NCBI GenBank assembly: GCA_004764695.1
Contig: SMSO01000033.1
Span: 1,798,001 to 1,862,000 of the forward strand
Length of the DNA: 64,000 nucleotides
Direction: 5' to 3'
Origin: Schizochytrium sp. TIO01
Lineage: Eukaryota > Protista > Bigyra: Labyrinthulomycetes
The notes under the pieces are model-generated. The model ran no database searches, had not been told where the DNA came from, and worked only from the letters and a program-made list of their open reading frames with translations. The position numbers were made by a program, and so were the translations under genes. This document shows positions 49,276 through 60,614 of the stretch, in pieces; within the stretch, counting starts at the first letter, position 1; the number at the start of each line of letters is the position of its first letter.

Positions 49276-52200
49276 TTAAGCAGAGCTTGGGCATCCCAAA
49301 TCACCCGAGTAGCTGAAAGCGTACTCAATGCTGAAACCAAAGTTAGACATGCATGTAGCCTCAACGTTAGACTCAGCAGGGCAGCCACTCTCAGAGTTGT
49401 CCAAGTCACATTGCACAAAACGAATCGGGTTCACAAACAGAGGGTAGTACTTGCTCTTGTAAGCAGGAATCTCCAGAACACCATCACACGGCATGAGCGT
49501 AGAAGGAATGAAGAATACTTCAGTCCAGCCATCAGTGCTATCTTCGTACTGAACAGAGATACCATTGATGCAAGGGTCAGTGTCGTCACGTGTGGAGTAC
49601 TTGGTCACAGACTTAGCACAGTAACTGCTGACTGAACCAAAGTCACCAGCAGAGCCATATCTCTCCACAATAGAGTAAGGGTCGCCTGACTCATCCGCAA
49701 CAGCAATACATTCATTAATGAATTTCTTGTCGCTGCCAGACTCTTTCAGAGGCAAGAGAGCCTTACATACAGCCTTGATCCAAGCCTTGCCGGTCTTCTT
49801 CTCAGTACCCTTAGTAATCTGGCTGACACACTTCTTCACAGTGTTAGCTTGGTTGGCAGTCTTACACCAGTTCTCGATACCGAGAGAAATCTGCTCAGTG
49901 GTACAAGCACCAGACCAGAAGGCCTTGCAAGCAAGGTGAGCCAAAGACAGATCATTCACTTCGCACTCCTCGGCGTAAGAGTTGTCCGTGTAGTCCCCAC
50001 CGTAGGAGAGCAAATCTCCAGATACACAGTAGCCACTGACAACATTATCACCACGCTCAGTGTTGACATCGACGAGGTCCTCAACATTGAGGCGATACCC
50101 ACCAACGTATTCAGCATCATCGTTCGAAACAGAGTTCACACAGGTAAGGCGAATGAAAATACCAGTGGTTGGATCACGTACAGCATAAGCACGCTCGTCA
50201 GATCCGTAGCCCTCGTCACCATCGATGAAGGTCACATTAAAGGCATCTGCAAAATCAGTACCAGAAACGGTGGTCCAGCCAGGGTAGTCTATAGTGTCCT
50301 CAAAACAAGCCACAGGGTCCAAGGTGTAGGATCCGCTCGAAGTCTCAAGGTACATCATATCGAGAATGGAGCGCTCGCCTGTGGCAAAGCTGATGTTGTA
50401 GAAAGCAGCGCTGGAGTTGACAGTGTAAAGCACGATGATGTCTTCACCAGACACGGACCAATTCGGCAAACAGGGAGAACCGTACGCTCCGATACTGGCA
50501 CGGTTATTACCGATAAGCTCGCGCACGCTCTCATTCCAAACACAAGCGTTACCAGCATGGTCCTTAAGTTCAGTACAGATGTCTTCGGTAGGCCAGCAAT
50601 CAGAGTCGCGAGCGTCACAAACAATGAGCTTCTCGCGAGAACCATCAAAGGCCTGACCAAACGGATCACCCCAGAGCATGCAAGTCTCACAGCAGTCTGT
50701 CGAGTTTCCGCTGTCCTCGCTAAAGGTCAAAGTAAGAGTACCCTTGCGGGCCTTCTTCTCGAGGTTAGCACAAACCGTACTCATTTCAGAGTCAGAAGCA
50801 TCACAGTAGGGAGTGGTAATGGTAATGTTACGACAGGTCTGGTCTTCCTCGTCAACAGCGAAGTTGTTTGAGATACAGCAGTTCTGGCACGTTCCCAAGG
50901 TGTACTCATCCTGTTCGTTTGTAGAACAGACAGAGGGAAAGTCAACAGTCTCATCGTCGTAAACGCAAACATTGCAGGTAAGATCTCCTAGCTGGCAGAC
51001 ATCGCCTCCAAAGGTCACTGTAGCATTCACGGTGGCCAAGGGCTTGCAGTCTGAGCCATCATCAGCAACAAGACACTCTGCACCCTGACCGCACTGACGG
51101 AAGCGAATACGGTACTCGAACAAAGCCGGGAAGTCAGCACCTGTGACAGACATATCAGCGTCGCTGCAAGGAGGATACTCAGGAGGGATGTAAAACACAG
51201 GGGTCCAGTCACCATCCACATCAGCTTCAACAATTACACCAGTTGCACAAGTAAGATCGTCCGGAATGTCAGTGTACTCACTCAAAGAAGCGGCACAAGA
51301 AACATCCGAGGAGGTCCACTGGTGGGCAATGATACTTGAGTACACCTTCTCCCATGCAGGCCACCCGTTTTCTTCAAGAATGTTGACACATTCAGTGACG
51401 TATGAGTTCTGGGAGCTGCTGCCATAAGAAAGACCAGAGTTCATCTGACAAGCGTATTCAATCCAAGTCGTGGACTGCTCCGTTGAGTTGCCATTGCGAA
51501 GGTTTGTAAGACAAGTGGCAACAACCTCAGCGTACGTCACATCAGCACTGTATGCCTGAGTGTAAGCAAGCTCAGCAGTCTCACACCAGTACTGCTGCCA
51601 GTCCGGCACGGTACGCTCGTAGCAAGTATCATCAGCAAGGGCCTTACAGGTGTTGGCAAGGTCCGGCAGTGATGCAGAGAGACACTTGTAGTGAAGAGCG
51701 ACAGTATCGGCAACGTTAGTGCCACTCAAGTCGCCCGAAGGAATTACGTTGGTGAAGCAGTAGCCATCGCCAACACTGTCTGCGGTGATGCGAGTATCAG
51801 TGATGTTCTCGATATCAAGGCGAGTGCGGTTAGCACCAACAGCCTTGTTACAGATGACATCGGCGTAGATACCAATGCTCGCATCTCCAATGTGCCAGCG
51901 AATCTCCACATCGTTAGGGGTGCTTACACTCCATGTAGATGGAAGAGATGACACAGATGACGGAAGTGACCATGCGGCAGCAGCGCCAGAATTGCCAACA
52001 TCGCGAGGGTCATAGTTGAAACAATCCTCAGAGTTGATTGTGTACGGCTCGGAATCATCAGAAAGCTGAATGCTGAAGTCTGTTTGGAACACCACGCTCA
52101 CCAATAAGAGTGGACATGACGAGGCCATCAGTACTGAGAAGCACAAGTTCGAGCTGGCCACTTACGTTGTAGTCAGCTTGGCATGGGGAACCATCCTCGA

Positions 52201-52735
52201 GGTTGCTTGTCCACCAAGGATAGTTGAGGTTACCCTTGAGCCACTTGCAGCGGTTGCCAGCATGGTCGTACTGTTGACGACAGATGCTTTGCTCCATTTC
52301 ACAGGTAGTAGAGTTACGGGCATCGCATTCAATGAGCTGGTTAGTTGAACCGTCAAAGGCTTCGCAGAGGGGGTCACCGTAGCATTTGCACTTGCGGCAG
52401 CATGTATCATTGACGTCAGGGTAGGTGAAGGCGATCTCCAGTTCGAGGGTGTGTGAGCTGTTAGCCGTAAAGCCTGTACAGCCTCCGTCCTGGTTTTCAC
52501 AGTATGCAGACTCCATAATAGCTGTGCTGCAGATCGGGTCTGTGCTGTCGTCAGTGTAGGTATAGTTGAGCGAGTTACCGCAGCATGCACCAAAGTCGAA
52601 TTCCTGAGAACCACAGCCATTTGAAGCCCAGTTCATGGTTGAAAGCGTAGCGTCACAAGAATCCTGACCTGCGCTGGTCTGTGCAGAGGCCAAAACCACC
52701 ACAGCGGCAATCGCCGCAGATGTAAAGGCCTGCAT
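49276..52735 (-). CDS. Secreted tandem VWD-like glycoprotein, paralog 4, with a +1 frameshift at 52088-52089
   Basis: True ATG is at 52735 (MQAFTSAAIAAVVVLASA; the ORF-track start at 52750 is TTG). The coding strand reads GGT GTT CCA AAC versus GGT GTC CAA ACA in paralog 3, i.e. one extra T. The downstream frame stays open for >900 codons. Corrected length is ~1152 aa. Confidence 0.88.
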
Positions 52736-52829
52736 TCTGATGAAGTGCAAGTTTCACGAACTCGTGGTTTCCTTGAGCCTCTAGAAAGTAGACCTTATCA
52801 GTGGTCTACTACGGGTGCCTAAGTTTTTG

Positions 52830-52986
52830 ATACGTAAATGACCCGCTGGGTCGCGGAGGATCAGTATCTCCGCAGAGGGGAGATGAGTGTCCTTGATCAA
52901 CAAGGCACACGAGCTAGCAGGATGCAGCCCGCCAGCTACGCAATCAAGCCGACTTGCCGTGGCGAGTTGGCGATTGGGTTTTGCTG
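52830..52986 (-). promoter_or_regulatory. Conserved upstream elements of paralog 4, including a CCAAT-like site on the coding strand
   Basis: Homologous to the paralog 3 blocks. The coding strand reads CAGCAAAACCCAATCGCCAACT. Confidence 0.6.
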
Positions 52987-54390
52987 GCTGGCGAGCGCAG
53001 AGCAGCTTTCCGCTCTTTGCACCCAGTCACATTTCCCATTTCTTACGTGAAAACTTTTAATGTGCTAGAATCCACATAGCCCCGCGTAGCCTCGAGCGCC
53101 TCCAGAATTTCTGGGCTTACGAATCCTTTGTGAGAGGGATTTGCACTCTGAGGGAGGGGGGCTAGGATGAAACACTTGGACCGACTCGCCGAAATTTGCA
53201 AGCACAGCTAGTTTACGACCTAGCGCGAGCTACGCTACGTGTAGAGCCGCCTGCCTGCCTGCCTTGCAGCGCTCGCTACCACCGGTAGAGAGTGGCCCTC
53301 GCCAAAGCCACCTTGAAGAGGGATCAGAGCAGCTCAGTCAGCTGTCCACCGCGCAAGCAGGATCCACTGCAAAATGAACGCGATAACAAACAAACTCCTG
53401 GCTTGGCATTTGGAAATTAAAACTTCTGCGCGGCCGACACTCGAAAGAAAGAAGGCGGAGATTCGCAGTCTGCCCCCTCCCCGCCTTAGGCTCACGCGTA
53501 TGGTTCTCCTGCGGCCACTGCAGACTGCGCGCAGTTAGTTTAGAAGAAAGAACAGTAAAAATGAGCGAAAGTTACTTTTACCTTTTTCGATGGTAACAAA
53601 AAACGCCGCTTCGCTCATTTTCGCGCATCAATGCATCCATCGCCCCGCAAAACGCAGGGGGGTCTCAGCACGATGAGGCGCCTCGAAGCGAGGCGAAGGG
53701 ACCCCTGTCTCGAAGGCACCAGAGCCGAAGCAGGATGAGAGAAGTCTGCGAATCTGCAGGTGCACACTCCGCGGAAAGCAAATGACCAATGATCATGAGT
53801 CATACTTTTTTCAGAACATGCAATCAAATTCAGAGGCCGCCGCTCTTTTATTCTTTCAATTTCCTTCAATCCCCTTTGATGCACACAGGAACTACTGGCA
53901 GGAAAAGAGAAACAAGAGATAAAAAGTAAAAAATCACTCGAAATGCGCGATTGACGGAGCAGTCGTAAAGTTTAGGATAAGAGGTAACTAAGGGTGGAAT
54001 ACTAGCAAGCGGCATGGCTCCCTCACAAGATGGAGACCCACTGATGAGTAATTCTGTAAAGTTAGAATGAACCATCGAGCCATGGCCGCTGCAGCTCTTC
54101 ACGTTGTCCACCCGCTTCGTCTGGGATCTTGACGGCAGCGCTGGAGGCCACCTCTGAGACGAGACGGCAGCAAGCGAGGTAGACGAAGAAACGCTTGCAC
54201 CGCGCTGCAATCCTGCTTCAGGCCGGCTGTACTTAAGAGCTTTCGGCGGCACGGTGTGTCTTGGTTTTAAAATTTATTGTTTTGTTTTTTTCCTTTGCTC
54301 TTAAATTTCAAAGCTTCCTCTGAAAATCTTTTGTTCATATATACAATCGACGTTGAAGTTCAACTTCAAGAGGGACACTGAGAGGGAGAC

Positions 54391-54434
54391 ACAGAGAGAG
54401 AGAGAGTGAGTGAGAGAGAGAGAGAAAGAGAGAG
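54391..54434. repeat. (AG)n microsatellite, imperfect
   Basis: Direct reading. Confidence 0.85.
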
Positions 54435-56000
54435 TTGAAATGGATGAAGATTTTCAAGTTGTAAGAATGTAAGTTAAGATCAGCAGGGAGAAAGTACAGA
54501 GCACGCATAACAGCGACGACGAAGGTGTTTAGCCAAACTCGAAACGCGGCAGTTGGTAACGAAGAAGAGCGTCTGCTACCTGTAAAGAAACGGCAGAGAG
54601 AGGCAGGCAGAGAGCCAAATGCCGTGACCGGACTTGCACTCACGCGCCCTTCTCTCAGCAGTGAACAGGACTTCAAATAACTTCATAGAGAAGGATGGAA
54701 GAGTGTTTCTCCTCACACTGCTGGCTTCCCTAGGGCTTATTTAGGAGTTAACGTTAGCAGGCTACAATTGCCGTTGCAAAGTTACGCAGCCAATTAATTG
54801 GATGGATACGGCGCGGTGTGCAAGGACTCGCTCGACTTGAAGGCGCAGCAGAGGTTGAATATCGTCGAAGACGCGCGGGCTAAGACAACATGCTCTAAGG
54901 TCGTTCGGGCGTCTGCAATGCCAGCCAGCCAGCCAGCCGACATCTTGATTAATTAAGCGCAGCATGGACCAGGTACAAGCTCCGTGCAGCATGAGTGTGA
55001 GTGACAAGGCAAGCATGAGAGATTCTGGCTTGTATTGGTTGCTCTTGTTCTCTATTTCCTGCAAGTAGGTACGTACACGCTTTAATTTAATTATGATGAA
55101 CAAATGATACCATGTATTCATTTGCTGGCGGATATAATTTATGTAATTTATGTTTCTATAGTTATTTTTTTTTTTTTTAAAAAAAAAAAAATTAAATTTA
55201 AAAGAAAAAAAATGAAAATGGGAAAAAAGGCACTAGTCTTCCTAAATTTGCGCTTTTCTTCCTTAGTCGCTTTCTCTCTTTAGATAGATAGAATAACTTG
55301 CATTCGGCACGGTCTGCAAGTGCTGCCGCGGGGTGAATATAGAGTGCTTTCGACTACTTTTGTGGGCGGCAGGTGCCAGCAGCGGCAGTAGGCCAGCGCG
55401 AAGGGACTCCAGAGGTTACCCGAGCGTTTCGGAGGCCTCCGGCCGCAGGCTGCGCGGCCCTGCGAAGGTAGTGAGCGAGTTCCCTTTCTGCCTTTCCAAA
55501 GAGCGCCTGGAGCCTTGGAAAACAGGTGAAGTCTCGGAGAAACTTTCGAGGTGATCGACTTCTTCCGGGAGACTGCCCGATTGTTAGAAGTGGTTCTTTT
55601 TCTGGTAGGAAAGTGTCATCCTTATTACTGGCCATCGAACTGTAGATGATATGTAGGTTTCGTACTAGCTACCTAGCTGCCTAGCTAGCACCTCAACTTT
55701 TTCTTATTTTTTTTTGTATGGACAGTAGAGACGAAACCTTGAGGATCGAAAATGGATGAACGATTTGGCCCAAAATTGAACAGGATACAGCTTCATATCT
55801 TCATTATTCAGGGGAAGAATGCGACCACAGCGAGTGCAATGGACTAATCAGAGCGACTATCCGAGCGGCAGAAAAGAATCCAATGCACCATTCGATAAGT
55901 TAAAAAACTAAAATCTTGAATTAAAAGCCTTTTCTTCTTCTTATTTTCTAATAACTACAGTACTATCATGACCCGGATGTACAAGTATTTAAAAAAATAA

Positions 56001-56002
<2 letters not shown>

Positions 56003-56037
<35 letters not shown>
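56003..56037. repeat. (AT)n microsatellite
   Basis: Direct reading, about 17 units. Confidence 0.9.
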
Positions 56038-56038
<1 letters not shown>

Positions 56039-56384
56039 CGAAAAAGGAAATGTCGGGCTTACCAAAGGTTAAAAGCTATTGACTAGTCCATTTACTTGGA
56101 TTCCTTTGCGCTTCATTGTCTTGGACTGAATTTACTTCGAGCTGCTGTGAGCTGTCGAATTATGATCAAAGAGCTGTATTTTGCAACTCTATCGGTCTTT
56201 GGCGTGGGCATCTACTGTTGCAGGCCAGTTAGTAAGCAACGATTGACTTGAATAAATTTAAATTATTAGGGTCAAGATTCGCCGAGAGAAGGCAGCACGC
56301 GTCGAAGTGGGAATTATATTAGAGTTCCACACTACCCCCTACTCAATCAAAGAGGAGGAATAAGAAAACAATATGGCTCTCCGT

Positions 56385-56880
56385 CGAATGGAGAAAGAGA
56401 GCTCTTGGAACATACACGAGAAAAGAAGAGAAAAGAACAGAGCCTTTGCAAGAGGAGTTTATTCTAAGCAAAGTTAGCAGTCTTTCTATTCCTACTACGA
56501 TCAGTAAGTAGCTTGATATCTGATGCTTTTGTTATTTGTCCATTGCGCTTTAGAAATCGAGCGACTCCTTGGATAACTGCGTTCTTAGACAGTACTTCTA
56601 GGTGAATCAGCAGCTGCGCCTAGAACTAGGAGAATGATATCTTACGAAATGAACCTTGATCGATTCGCAACGAGTCACTCTCAGAGTTATATGTATTCTT
56701 GCTGGTCATAAATCTAAGATAGGCACATCATTAATGCTTTGGGTTGAAAGATAGCAAAGCGGGCCAATTATCTCAAGGTAGCTAGTATCTCATATTACAA
56801 TCAGCCACTTGAAGCCTCTGTGAGTTATTTATCTGTGTCAGTAGTTGAAGTTCATTGCAAGATGCCCAGGAACGTAAACT
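56385..56880 (+). mobile_element. Possible copia RT relic
   Basis: SSWNIHEKRREKNRAFARG (cf. KWV..K...KARLVARG), QSFYS, LMLLLF, ITAFLDS (56573), NESLSEL, CW...INALG, in canonical order. Confidence 0.4.
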
Positions 56881-57167
56881 AGGCTTTTGAAGGAATGTGT
56901 GCATGTAGCTGAATGGTTTGTTGCTTATGTGAAGGAGATTTTGGAAAAAAAGCTTCCCAAGAAATTGAAGAATGTATGCCAATCGTCATTGGTTTGTATT
57001 GATAGATCAAGAACAAAAGGAAAGAACTCAATCATGCCGCATTCGTCTCGCTAGAGCGAATTAATAAGTACCGCCATGTTAAAAAACTCTCTCAGCAGGC
57101 TTCAGATGATAAAAGACTAAATTAGTTTATTGATTAGCTCATACAAGATGGATATTTAGATTGTATT

Positions 57168-60100
57168 CTAAGAAGATCCTGAGGTACAGCCTACACTGCC
57201 AGAATAACTATAAGCATAGCTGACACTCAATGGTAGCATGGGCATGCAGCTAGCTTCAATGTTAGACTGTGCTGGACAACCATCTTCAGAGTTGTCGAGG
57301 TCACACTGCACAAACTGAATTGGGTAGATGAAAAGAGGCCAGTACTTAGACTTGTACGCCGGAATCGTAAGTTCGCCATTGCAAGGCATTAAATTTGCTG
57401 GAATGAAGAAGAGTTCAGTCCACTCAGAACCAGGGTTGTATTGCACGGAGATTCCACCCACGCACGGATCAATTTTGTCACGAGTTGTGTATTTTGCAAC
57501 AGAGCTTGCGCAGTAACTGCTTACAGATGTGCGATCACCAGCGGAACCATACTCTTCAACGATTGAATATGGGTCACCAGACGACGAAGCCAGCGCTTGG
57601 CAAGCTTTTATGAACTCCTTGTTTGTCTGAGAAGAATCCTTTTCGGGCAAAAGGGCTTGGCATACAGCATTAATCCAATTGTTTCCAATTTTATTACTTT
57701 TCTTTGTGATTTTTTGCACGCACTGACTCACTGTATTCGGCTGGTTCGCTATTTTACACCAGCTCTCAACGCCAAGTTCAATCTCGTCAGGGGTACAGGA
57801 ACCAACCCAGAATGCCTTGCAGGCGCGTAAAGCCAGAGAGAGATCCTCTTCCTCGCAGTCTTCTGCGATGGTACTGTTTGTGTAATCTCCACCATAAACG
57901 CGTAGGTTGGCCGTTTCACAGTACCCACTTGCGTCACTGCGAGACACAACGTCAATCAACTTTTCGACGTTCAGACGGTAGCCTCCAATGTACGACGTTG
58001 TAACCGCTGGAGTGCGAACACATGTAACACGAAAGAAGATGCCTGAGTTTGGTTCGTAAACAGCCCAGACACGTTCATCAGTTCCATAACCTCCTTCTCC
58101 ACCATTAGTAAATGTAAGCTCAAGAGCAGAATCATAGCTATCCCCAGAGACAGTAGTCCATCCAGGGTAGGTAGAGGTGTCGAAGCAAGTTGTAGGATCC
58201 AGCGTGTAGCTTCCGCTTGCGGTTTTCAGGTTCATCTGGCTCAAAATTGAACGTTCACCAGTGTAGAAAGTCAAGTTGAACTGAGATTCTTCCAGAGCGT
58301 AAAGAACTACCTCAGCTTCGCCGGAGAGGTCCCAGTCTGGCAAACAAGGCGACCCATAAGCACCAATATTTGCTCGGGAGCTTCCAATCAAGTCTTGGAC
58401 AGTTTGATTCCAAACGCAAGCATTACCAGCATGGTCCAACGTGCTGTTGCAAATAGCCTCGTCTGTGACGCAGTCATCTCCACGAGCATCGCAAATGATA
58501 AGCTTCTCTCGGGACCCATCGAATGCTTGACCGAATGGATCACCCCAGAGGCCACATGACTGACAGCAGCTCGCGGTATCGACATTATCGTAACCTTCGA
58601 AAGTAAGAGTTAGCTGTCCCTTTCTATTCTTCTTTTTCAGCTTATTGCAGACACCGCTCATTGATGAATCGCTAGCATCACAAAATGGAGTTGTCACAGT
58701 AAGGTTGCGGCACGTTTGATCTTCCTGACCTGGTAAGAAGTTGTTACTTTCACAACAGCTACCGCAAGTTCCGATGGTGAATGTATCAGACTGACTTGCT
58801 TCACAGATTGCAGGTGCATCCTCAGTTGACGAAGTCAATTGGCAGTTGCAAAGGTTTGCAGAGCATTGTCGGGTTGGGAAATCAATGCTTCCAGAGACAG
58901 TGCTCAATGGCTTGCAATCTGAGCCTTTAGGGGCAACAAGGCATTCAGCCCCCAAACCACACTGGCGAAAGCGGATCCTATAAAGAAAGAGATCAGGGTA
59001 CTTGTCACCAGTTGTACTCAGATCAGCATCACTGCAGGGTGGGCTTTCAGGTGGGAAGTAGAAAATAGGCGTCCATTCGCCACTTTTATTGACTTCCAGA
59101 ACCAGACCCGTCGCGCATGTAAGATCATCTGGAATTGAAGTGAAGTCATCAAGTGAGGAAGCACAGGTTACTTCATCGGATGTCCATTGATGAGGAATTA
59201 CGCCATTGTATTCTTGGGCCCAAGAATACCAGCCGTTCTCTTCGATCGCGTTTACGCACTCGGTCACATACGAGTTTTGTGCAGACGAGTTGTATGAAAG
59301 GAGCGAGTTCATTTGGCACGCGTAATTAATCCAAGTCTTAGATTGCTCTTCAGAAGTTCCATCACGAATTTCTGTTAAGCAGGTCGCGACCATATCTGCA
59401 TATGAGCTTGCACTCACTGACGCTTGCGTGTTTTCTAGTTCTGCAGTCTCGCACCAGTATTGCTGCCATCCAGGAATTGTACGCAAATAGCATGTATCAT
59501 CAGCGAGAGCTTTGCACGTGTTTGCGAGATCAGGAAGTTGTGCAGATAAGCACTTAAAGTGCAAAGCAACAGAATTATCGACATTTGTTCCACTCTGAAG
59601 ACCAGAGTCAATCACATTAGTGAAGCAGTATCCATCGCCTTCACTATCTTCCGTAGGTCGTGTATCCGTAATATTCTCGATATCCAATCGAGTACGGCTT
59701 GCGCCCACAGCCTTGTTACAAATCACATCGACATAAAAACCTACACTGGTATCACCAACATGCCAACGAATCTCAACATCGTTCGGTGTGCTCACTGACC
59801 AGGTTGAAGGAATTGAGCTTACGCCAGACGGTAGCTGCCATGCAGTTGCAGCATCATCATCGCCAACATCGCGAGGGTCATATTCGAAGCAATCATCGGA
59901 ATTGATTGTGTATGGCTCGGAATCGGAAGAAAGCTGAAATGAAAAATCTGTCTGCACACCACGCTCACCAATAAGCGATGACATTATGACACCACTAGAG
60001 TTGACCAGAACTAGCTCCATCTGACCACTCACGCTATAGTCGGCTTGGCAAGGGGAACCATCCTCGAGATTGCTGTTCCACCACGAATAATCAGGATTGT

Positions 60101-60614
60101 TCTTAAGCCACTTGCATTTATTACCAGCATGGTCAAATTGAAGTCCACAGATGTCTTCCTCCATTTTGCATGTGGTAAAGTTTCTTGCGTCGCATTCAAT
60201 CATTTGGTTCGTAGAGCCGTCAAATGCCTCACAAAGAGGATCTCCATAACATTTACATTTTCGACAGCAAGTATCATCAACATCTGGATATGTAAATGTA
60301 ATGTCAAGATTCACCTCATGGGTACTGTTTGGCGTGAAGGTATCGCAGCCTTCGGTTGCACAGAATTCGGATTCCGCAATCGCGACACTACAAATTGGCT
60401 CAGTTTCACCGTCACTTGTAAACGTATACTCGAGGGAATTACCGCAACATCCGCCAAATTCAAAGGATAGGATGCCGCAATCGTCCGTACTAGTACTCCA
60501 AGGTAATGCTAGAAGCGAGGCATCACAAGTAGATTGCCCATTGACGGACGTCATTGACGATAGGGCAAGAAATGCTATCACGAGCAAAGCCGTGCCGGCC
60601 TGCATCGTGGGCAT
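57168..60614 (-). CDS. Secreted tandem VWD-like glycoprotein, paralog 5 (1148 aa)
   Basis: Intact ORF with signal peptide (ALLVIAFLALSSMTSVNG). CKCYGDPLCEAFDG and CGLWGDPFGQAFDG motifs. Alternative ATG at 60605 (MQAG). Confidence 0.93.
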   Translation of the reverse strand: MPTMQAGTALLVIAFLALSSMTSVNGQSTCDASLLALPWSTSTDDCGILSFEFGGCCGNSLEYTFTSDGETEPICSVAIAESEFCATEGCDTFTPNSTHEVNLDITFTYPDVDDTCCRKCKCYGDPLCEAFDGSTNQMIECDARNFTTCKMEEDICGLQFDHAGNKCKWLKNNPDYSWWNSNLEDGSPCQADYSVSGQMELVLVNSSGVIMSSLIGERGVQTDFSFQLSSDSEPYTINSDDCFEYDPRDVGDDDAATAWQLPSGVSSIPSTWSVSTPNDVEIRWHVGDTSVGFYVDVICNKAVGASRTRLDIENITDTRPTEDSEGDGYCFTNVIDSGLQSGTNVDNSVALHFKCLSAQLPDLANTCKALADDTCYLRTIPGWQQYWCETAELENTQASVSASSYADMVATCLTEIRDGTSEEQSKTWINYACQMNSLLSYNSSAQNSYVTECVNAIEENGWYSWAQEYNGVIPHQWTSDEVTCASSLDDFTSIPDDLTCATGLVLEVNKSGEWTPIFYFPPESPPCSDADLSTTGDKYPDLFLYRIRFRQCGLGAECLVAPKGSDCKPLSTVSGSIDFPTRQCSANLCNCQLTSSTEDAPAICEASQSDTFTIGTCGSCCESNNFLPGQEDQTCRNLTVTTPFCDASDSSMSGVCNKLKKKNRKGQLTLTFEGYDNVDTASCCQSCGLWGDPFGQAFDGSREKLIICDARGDDCVTDEAICNSTLDHAGNACVWNQTVQDLIGSSRANIGAYGSPCLPDWDLSGEAEVVLYALEESQFNLTFYTGERSILSQMNLKTASGSYTLDPTTCFDTSTYPGWTTVSGDSYDSALELTFTNGGEGGYGTDERVWAVYEPNSGIFFRVTCVRTPAVTTSYIGGYRLNVEKLIDVVSRSDASGYCETANLRVYGGDYTNSTIAEDCEEEDLSLALRACKAFWVGSCTPDEIELGVESWCKIANQPNTVSQCVQKITKKSNKIGNNWINAVCQALLPEKDSSQTNKEFIKACQALASSSGDPYSIVEEYGSAGDRTSVSSYCASSVAKYTTRDKIDPCVGGISVQYNPGSEWTELFFIPANLMPCNGELTIPAYKSKYWPLFIYPIQFVQCDLDNSEDGCPAQSNIEASCMPMLPLSVSYAYSYSGSVGCTSGSS

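Noticed and set aside
49849-50871. 340-aa plus-strand ORF (also 43599-44132, 34760-35332, 17012-17527, 60301-61005)
   Set aside because: Antisense shadows of the VWD-like genes caused by codon bias. Not kept open across paralogs and no recognisable motifs.
49276-52161. 961-aa ORF and 52058-52750 ORF as two separate genes (likewise 34781-35383)
   Set aside because: They are pieces of single frameshifted genes. Their listed N-termini are out-of-frame sequence.
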